This document shows positions 55,741 through 64,000 of a DNA stretch of 64,000 bases, piece by piece. Source of the stretch: Eledone cirrhosa (Eukaryota); the NCBI GenBank assembly GCA_964016885.1, contig OZ024740.1, positions 375,100,001-375,164,000 on the forward strand, read 5' to 3'. Positions within the stretch are counted from its first letter, which is position 1. Each line of letters starts with the position of its first letter. The notes below the pieces were generated by a model. It had not been told where the DNA came from. It saw nothing but the letters and a program-made list of their open reading frames with translations, and did no database searches. Both the position numbers and the translations under genes were made by a program.

Positions 55741-57190
55741 TTCACGGGTGTGTATGATTGTGTATAGAAGATTATATTAATAAAGGGAATTCCAACATTG
55801 TCTGATGTACTCGTTTTATTTACAATCCTTTAAAATTACAATGATATTATAATGAAATAGTATGGTAGAATATTACATGTTAAATGTTAATTGAACAAGT
55901 ACTTTCATGCTTTTGCAATCTTCAGGTTCATATTCAGTGGTGACAGTCAAGTTTGCAATTTTCAACTGTAATTTTCAACTAAATATGTGCCTCATATGCA
56001 GTAAAAACGGGCTACAGAATGCTATGTTTTGCAAACTGTATTTCGACCAATCGGTGTGTGGTTTCCTTAGATTACTAAAGCTGATTGGTTTAGGCGTCAC
56101 GGTCGGTTGAGCATGTCTAACGACTTCTATTTGACCCTATCCAAAGCATCAATTGTTTTGGTATTTTTAGAAATGATGAAAAGAGCATTTTCTAGTGTTT
56201 TTATAAAAATTCTTCAGTAATCCTCAACATCGACATCACTTTTATTATTATTATTGTTGTTGTTGTTAGTGGTGGTAGTTGGCATGTCGTAGCGTAGTAA
56301 TAGAAGAAGTAATACCCTTAAACATTATTATTGTTCGTTTAGCTTGGGTTGGAATTTATCAATACAATTATTTGCTTTAATTTTTTTCTTGATTTCACTT
56401 GGGCTGTGTAGTTGTTAAAATGGAAATATTAGAAATATTTTCTGACCACATGTTGCTGGATGGTTACTCAGGGGTATCTGACGCACATGAGGGTCCCTGA
56501 TTTGCTGTCGGTGCACTCGTGCACGTTCCGATAGTGCATTTCCAGTTTGACCGACATATAGTTCTTCACAATTCGGGCATTTAATGTAGTAAATTAGATT
56601 TCTGCTTTTGAAGTTCGTATTTGCATTTGGGAATATTTTTCCAGTTTTTGTTTTCATATATTGACCGGCGTGTATGAACTGACGTGTGCCACATCGACTA
56701 TCATTGGATTTAGATACAGTGAATGATTGGTCTTTGCTGTTAAGGTCAAACTTTGCCTTTGTTAGTAATTGCTTCAAATTTTTCGGCTGTCTTTTATTAA
56801 GAATCAAAGCTCGGTCTGTGATGAAACCTTTTAATTCATTACTTTGAGCAATGATCGGTAGTGTTGAAGATATTCTGGTGACATTGGTTGATTGTCATTA
56901 TAAATGGTATGACCAGTTCTTGGTTTATTGTTCCTTGGGTGGTCCTAAGTTGTTGTAGAGGTATTTTTATAGCCCGCTGTATGCTCTTTTCTATAAGTAG
57001 AGATGGGTATTTTTGTTTGAGAAAAAATTCTCTCAGTTCTGTTAGGCGTTTGTTCCTGGTATTCGTATCTTCTACAATGGTACAAATTCTTCTGGCTAGC
57101 AATTTGGGATGTTGCGTTTTGTATGAGGTGGATGGGACGACTTAAAATTCAGATATTGATGGGTGTCTGTGTGTTTATAGTTTATATCCG
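52412..57190 (-). mobile_element. Second PLE-1 family copy in partial tandem: EN/3' part (57190-56330), pLTR, then ORFs 55674-52412; decayed
   Basis: Homologous throughout to 10742-15072. Confidence 0.93.
55892..55930 (-). ncRNA. Minimal type I hammerhead, family A (canonical core)
   Basis: Reverse complement reads TGAAC CTGAAGA TTGC-AAAA-GCAT GAAA GTAC TT GTTCA. Confidence 0.85.
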
Positions 57191-57365
57191 GTTATTTGTA
57201 TGAATTTTCGTGATTAAGTAAGACAAGAGTTATCTTTCGTAATCAAGAGTTATCTTTCGTAATTCGGCTTATTCGGACTTTAATTTACTCTTTGTACTTG
57301 AAACAAAGAGAATAACAATATCATTTAGTATATTTCACAACCAGCAATTTCTAACAGATTACTAA

Positions 57366-57435
<70 letters not shown>

Positions 57436-57464
57436 TAAAATAACAGATTAAAATAACAGATTAA

Positions 57465-57515
57465 AGTTTAAGCAAAGAATCGCTTCTTTCACCCTTAACG
57501 GGATCTTCTGAAACT
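57465..57515 (-). ncRNA. Family K hammerhead-like motif (CAGAAGA core)
   Basis: Reverse complement reads AGTTT CAGAAGA TCCCGTTAAGGGT GAAA GAAG..TGC TT AAACT. Another relic lies at 58665-58711. Confidence 0.6.
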
Positions 57516-57584
57516 AACAAAGTCAATCTGTAAACGCAGATCTTCAATTTTATTATTATTACTATATATATATATATATATATA

Positions 57585-58297
57585 TATTCTTTGTCTCTCA
57601 ATCTGTCTGTCTATCTGTTCCTTATGTATTCTAGGTTCGAATCAGATACACAGAATTAAACACATATACACATGTACACATACATCACATACATGTACAT
57701 ATGTGTGTGTGTTCTTTTATATTTATATTCTATACCTTTAAGTTAGCAGTTAATATATTTGCTCATAATTGGTTAATTTCCACCGCATACAAAAATAGGG
57801 ATTAATATATATTTCTTTTGAATGCTGATACATATTCGATTATAATATTGAAAAAAAAAATGCTTTCATTCTAAACATTTTCTCCCATAGATACTGCTGT
57901 TTCATATGAATTTAAGAGATTTCACTTTCAAACTAAGTTTTGTTATTTCAATTAACAAATCTCAGTGTCAATTCCTCAAGGTAGTTGCATTTGGTCTCTC
58001 TACTACATGTTTCTCCCACAGTTAACTCTATGCTAGTAGCTCACGAGTTGGAAGCAGCAATAACTTGTTCATTTGGACACCAACAAAACATTACACAATA
58101 AATATTGTTTACCCTGAGGTGCTTCATGTTTGGCAGATTGTTATTTCTAAATGCTCTTATCATTACTATTTTGATATTTTTTTTTTTTTTTAATATAGAA
58201 TTTGAAATAATTATTAGAAAAATATATCTTCATATTTATTGTTTACTATTTTGAATAAAAAGAGCAGTAACCTGGGCAACGTCGGATCATTCAGCTA

Positions 58298-58299
<2 letters not shown>
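57585..58299 (+). mobile_element. Possible non-autonomous Helitron relic
   Basis: 3' end CCTGGGCAACGTCGGA..CAGCTAGT (decayed hairpin plus CTAG) and a short (CTGT)n near the 5' end. Confidence 0.45.
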
Positions 58300-58334
<35 letters not shown>

Positions 58335-58335
<1 letters not shown>

Positions 58336-58537
58336 ATAATTGTTTCTACTTTAGGCACAAAGCCAGCAATTACCCAGCGCATTACTGGTACTTTATTTTA
58401 TCGAGCCCGTAAGGATGAAAGGCAAAATCAACCTCGGCAAAGTCAACCTTACCACCTTGAACTCAGATCGTAAAGGGACGTAACTATGCTGGAAAGCATG
58501 GCGTCCGACCCTCTACCGATACTGCCAATCCACCACC
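58335..58537 (-). mobile_element. tRNA-derived SINE
   Basis: Homologous to 9556-9745 and to the reverse complement of 61082-61305. Confidence 0.85.
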
Positions 58538-58765
58538 CTTTTTATATATAGTAATAATATTAATGAATGTGTAGACTGCAATCCAATATGGGGTCGGTAA
58601 GGATAAACATAAGTCAAATATATAAAAACCATAGGTCAAATATTTATTAAAATACCAGATTAATGTTTAAGCAAAAAACCGCTGCTTTCACTCTGAACGG
58701 GATCTGAAACTATATATATATATATATATAGGATTATGAGTTCATGCAATCGACTTATGTTTCGT

Positions 58766-58869
<104 letters not shown>

Positions 58870-59004
58870 TAGGTTTGGTGGTCCACCACTGGATAGAACT
58901 GGTCATTCCGTATGGTCAACCTCGATGTAATATTAGGCAGAGCACTCGACGTAATGCAACTCACTCGTCTTCGTTCGTGTTGTTGGTGGCGCGAGTACGG
59001 AGTT

Positions 59005-60200
<1,196 letters not shown>

Positions 60201-60248
60201 ATATATATACATAATCACATATTCATATACACAAGCGCATATATTTAG

Positions 60249-60313
<65 letters not shown>

Positions 60314-61081
60314 AAAGGAGTCGTTGTCGTATTAGTCAGAAAAAGAATGTCATCAACCACTGGTGACTCTTTTTTTATGTTGAGTTACGTTGTTGGGCAT
60401 ATTGATCCACAAACATCCACAGAAACACAGAAACCCACACGGACACAGAAATACACACACTTCATTTTAGTTAGTTAGAGAGAGGGAGAAGTGGCTGCAG
60501 GAGTATTTCATTCTTTATATATTGATAGCCTGATGGACGAACAGACAGTAACTGGATGCAAGAAAGTGCAGTAAATTCACCTTCAACCCTCCGCCATTCC
60601 ATTTTAGGGAAATACGTCGAAAGCGAGTTTGATGGAGGTCAGATTAAAAGAAAACAAAAACAAAAGCCTAACATACAGCCAATGGTCATGTGATAGCGTC
60701 TGAAAGTTCAACACACGTATCTCTACCTACACCACCACCAATCTTACCGGTGTTATCATTACCAACATTACAGACAGCAAGCCTACCGTCGCTGGCAACA
60801 ACACAACAATAATAATAACAACGGCAGCGATAACAGAGACAGTAAATGCAACAGCAACGACGACTACAACAACTAGAGAGGGACATGCTCTCCTCCATTA
60901 CATTTGTTAAAATGTGAATGAATGTAGCGAGAATGGGTCTATTCTAACCATGCACCTGTGGACTGGCGAATTTGGTGGGATTTTGTTATGGTTACCTTTG
61001 TTGCTGTAGTTGCCGTCGTTTTTGCTGCTGATGCTGTTTCATCGTTTTGATGTAATCTATGTTATTATTGGTAGTATCCCA

Positions 61082-61305
61082 GGGCGGCGGCTTGGTAGTA
61101 TCGGTAGAGGGTCGGACGCCATGCTTTGCACTATAGAGTTACGGCCCTCTATAACCTGAGTTCAAATCCCGCTGAGGTTAACTTTGCCTTCCATCCTTAC
61201 GGGGTCGATAAAATAAAGTAACTGTCACATACTGCGGTCGATCTAATCGACCATCCCCTGCTCCAAATGTGGTGGCCTTGTGCCTATATAAAAAAAACAG
61301 TATCA
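61082..61305 (+). mobile_element. Full-length tRNA-derived SINE (a partial minus-strand copy follows at 61345-61425)
   Basis: Pol III A box TGGTAGTATCGG (61093) and B box GAGTTCAAATCC (61158). Confidence 0.88.
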
Positions 61306-62099
61306 TTATTGTTGTTGTTGGTGATGGTAGTGGTCGATTAAATTTACCGCAGAGCATTACTGCTGCTTTATTTTATCGACCCCGGAATAATGAAAGTCAG
61401 AGTGTAACACGGTGGGATTTGAACAGCTATTAGTAGAAATGATTATTGTTGTTGTTGTTCGTGATGGTGGTGGTGGTGGTGTTGTTAGTGTTGGTGATGG
61501 TGATTATGGTGAGATTGGTCATGATGTTTTTGGTTATATAATTATAAGTAAATATCCATCGTGATAGCTTGTACTTTGCATATAATGCATATTTGCCGAT
61601 ATTTACGAAATATACATCTAGATAAAAAATGTAATTTTATTTTTCAGAAAACATCATTTATGTACTCAACTATGCAATGTTTCTCATTTAAAATTCTTAA
61701 ATACTGTCTTATTTGTTTACTTTCCACTCAAAATATCTACGATATATAAAGACAACGACCACCAGATAACAAGTAAATTCAACATTTTTAAAGAATAAAA
61801 ATAAAAAGTAAGAAATTATATTATACAGCTGAACATATGTACTAAACACGGAGAAATATTGATGAGTTTTGAGAGAATACATTAAAATTGTACTGGATAT
61901 CCATAAAGACCAGGCAAAAGAAAACACCAATGAAAACGGCAACAACAATTATGGAAACTCACACATTAACGCAGTTCGGCAAAGGAAAAAGAATATTCAT
62001 TTTAATTAAATAGTTGGATGACATGAAGTTGTATCAATTGAAATGAATATATGTAACATAGAAGAAATAATATATGACCAAGTAAAAGGCGTTTGTAAC

Positions 62100-63900
62100 T
62101 GAAGCCCTTTCTATCAGAGATCGATGGTAGGAAATTCATATATACTTTTATCGTATTCACATCAAGTAAATAACAGCAAGATGCCCTGTCCGATGTGCGC
62201 ATAGATCCACTGTGTGTTTCAGGTTTAAGGTTAGAGCGAGTTCCCAAAGTGTGTTGGGGCATTAAATATCTGCCCATGTAATGATAATGCAAGACATGTT
62301 TCGACAACACGCGAGAGTAACATATAAACATATTTGCAATTATTTCGTCTAGCTATGTGGCATATTGTGATTATGTGATAAAGACTGAGGATACCATGAT
62401 TAGAATCGTTCTGTAGGTTATGTATGAGTGGCCCTTCGAGTCATAATGAGCCACAAATAGAATGTGTTTGGCAATTGTGCTCCGTTGCAAATGCAGGAAA
62501 AAATGCAATTAGAAACGTTAGGGGAGCCTGTAAGAATATTGAACTGAGCTGTTGCATGTTGAGTAATAAAAGACCCCGGACAGAAATACTGCACGAGTGA
62601 CTCCAGAATCAGGGAAGTGTAGATCAGTGGAGAGCAGTAGTAGCTGGAACATTAATAACAAGACCATGAATCTGCAGTCTTCAGAATTCAGTTGCTTGCA
62701 ACTACGAGCGTTGGCGGAAAATCCTTTTAGTAGACCAAGGGACGATCAGTTGATGCGGGACAACCAATCCAACCAGTGAGGCGAACAAAAGTCAGCTTTT
62801 AAGAAAGAGTTTTGTGACTGGCGATATAGTTTTCATGATCCCACATTACGGCAAAATAATCATAGATATTGTCCTGCGGAACACGCCGAAGATAAGCGAT
62901 AAGACCAATCAAGTACAATAGCAGATAAGAGTTAATCGTACGAAGATTACGGCAGCAAATATTAGAATCAACTAAGGTAATATAGTGTGGAGTTGTCGAA
63001 TGAGAATATATAGCCACAACGTTCAAGTAGCTAGAGGAATTCACATCTCTCGAAATTCATATCTCTCGGAAAGAACGACAAATGGGGAGAAGAGTGAGGG
63101 GGCGATAGCAGCATTGTAACATAGGATGCCAATGTTTGAAACATATGAAGGGCTCTATATGTTCGGGGCGAATATTGGTATGAATATCAGCACTTGGTGT
63201 GACAGGATGTAAGTTACCTCGACCAAGTGGGTAAATACCGATATATGCTGTTCTTTTTTAAGGACAACTTTCAAATGAGGTCAAAAACAAAGTTAGAATT
63301 TACAGGTCTACTCTGATACGGTTATTGCAGTACAAGAAATATGTAGCGTATCTATTTATTCGGAAGACATTGGCCTAGATTTTGACCTTTGTCATGGAAA
63401 ACTATGTGTCCCACAGCTGGAAAGTGGTCAGGAACATAAGCAATTGCTCTGATGAAACAAATGCCCGAAGCCCTAATAACTGAACTCGGCTCTTTCTCAA
63501 TAGTTACGTTACCAAGATGTCTACACTTCGTGACGAATAATTACACTCCTATAATTTCTGGAAAATGAGTGAAGAGGTAGTTTGGAGAAATGTGTGAAAC
63601 CCTTACATAGAAGGAGAATAGAATAAATAGAAAACAAAATGAGAATGAGTCTAACCTAAATATATGTAAAACTTTGGATTCTCTTGGAGATATATACTCC
63701 TGGAATTCCTATCCGATATGGTAGTTATTCGATGGTATAAACATAGCCTAACTGATAACGAAATTTAAGAAGATGAAGTTATTATTGATTGAAAAAGAGG
63801 TGAGTGCCGGGAGAATATCAGGTGTTCCTAGATTATAGATGGCATTTGAAGAGCATATCATTATTCGCTAGGGAATCACTTTGCACGGACTTTGCAGAAC
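62100..63900 (-). mobile_element. Heavily decayed CR1/Jockey-group LINE RT
   Basis: Minus strand reads CYRPLTLLPI (NYRPISLL-like) followed by degenerate RT motifs; boundaries vague. Confidence 0.5.
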
Positions 63901-64000
63901 TTTGCAGGCCTTGATATAGGTTGAAGATGCTCATGAACACTTTCGCTTAAAAGTTCATAGAAGTAGAATTACAAAATAAAGCAGAATTGGTCAGGAAGTT

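Noticed and set aside
61082-61175. tRNA gene
   Set aside because: A and B boxes are present but there is no cloverleaf; it is the head of a multi-copy SINE.

Overview
AT-rich animal genomic DNA with very dense (TA)n/(TG)n microsatellites. The SINE type and repeat landscape suggest an octopus or other cephalopod (inference). No host gene is convincingly supported, and most ORFs in the track are microsatellite artefacts. The window is a nest of Penelope-like retroelements (PLEs): at least seven RT and/or GIY-YIG-bearing copies from three distinct types, nearly all inserted in (TA)n tracts. It also holds decayed RTE, L1/Tx1 and CR1/Jockey-like LINEs, tRNA-derived SINEs and a probable Helitron end. 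Reading both strands by eye gives about 25 type I hammerhead ribozyme (HHR) motifs in about 12 sequence families, most with a palindromic stem III. Some sit in PLE pseudo-LTRs (pLTRs), which is known biology. Four sit in ORF-less head-to-tail monomers of about 445, 523, 553 and 691 nt that look like retrozyme-type non-autonomous parasites. Two families carry recurrent non-canonical cores: a compensatory U3-A8 pair, and U4A. Both copies of one PLE family show an in-phase U-UUU-UUA heptamer joining an upstream ORF to the RT frame, suggesting -1 ribosomal frameshifting. All folds were made by eye and element boundaries are approximate.
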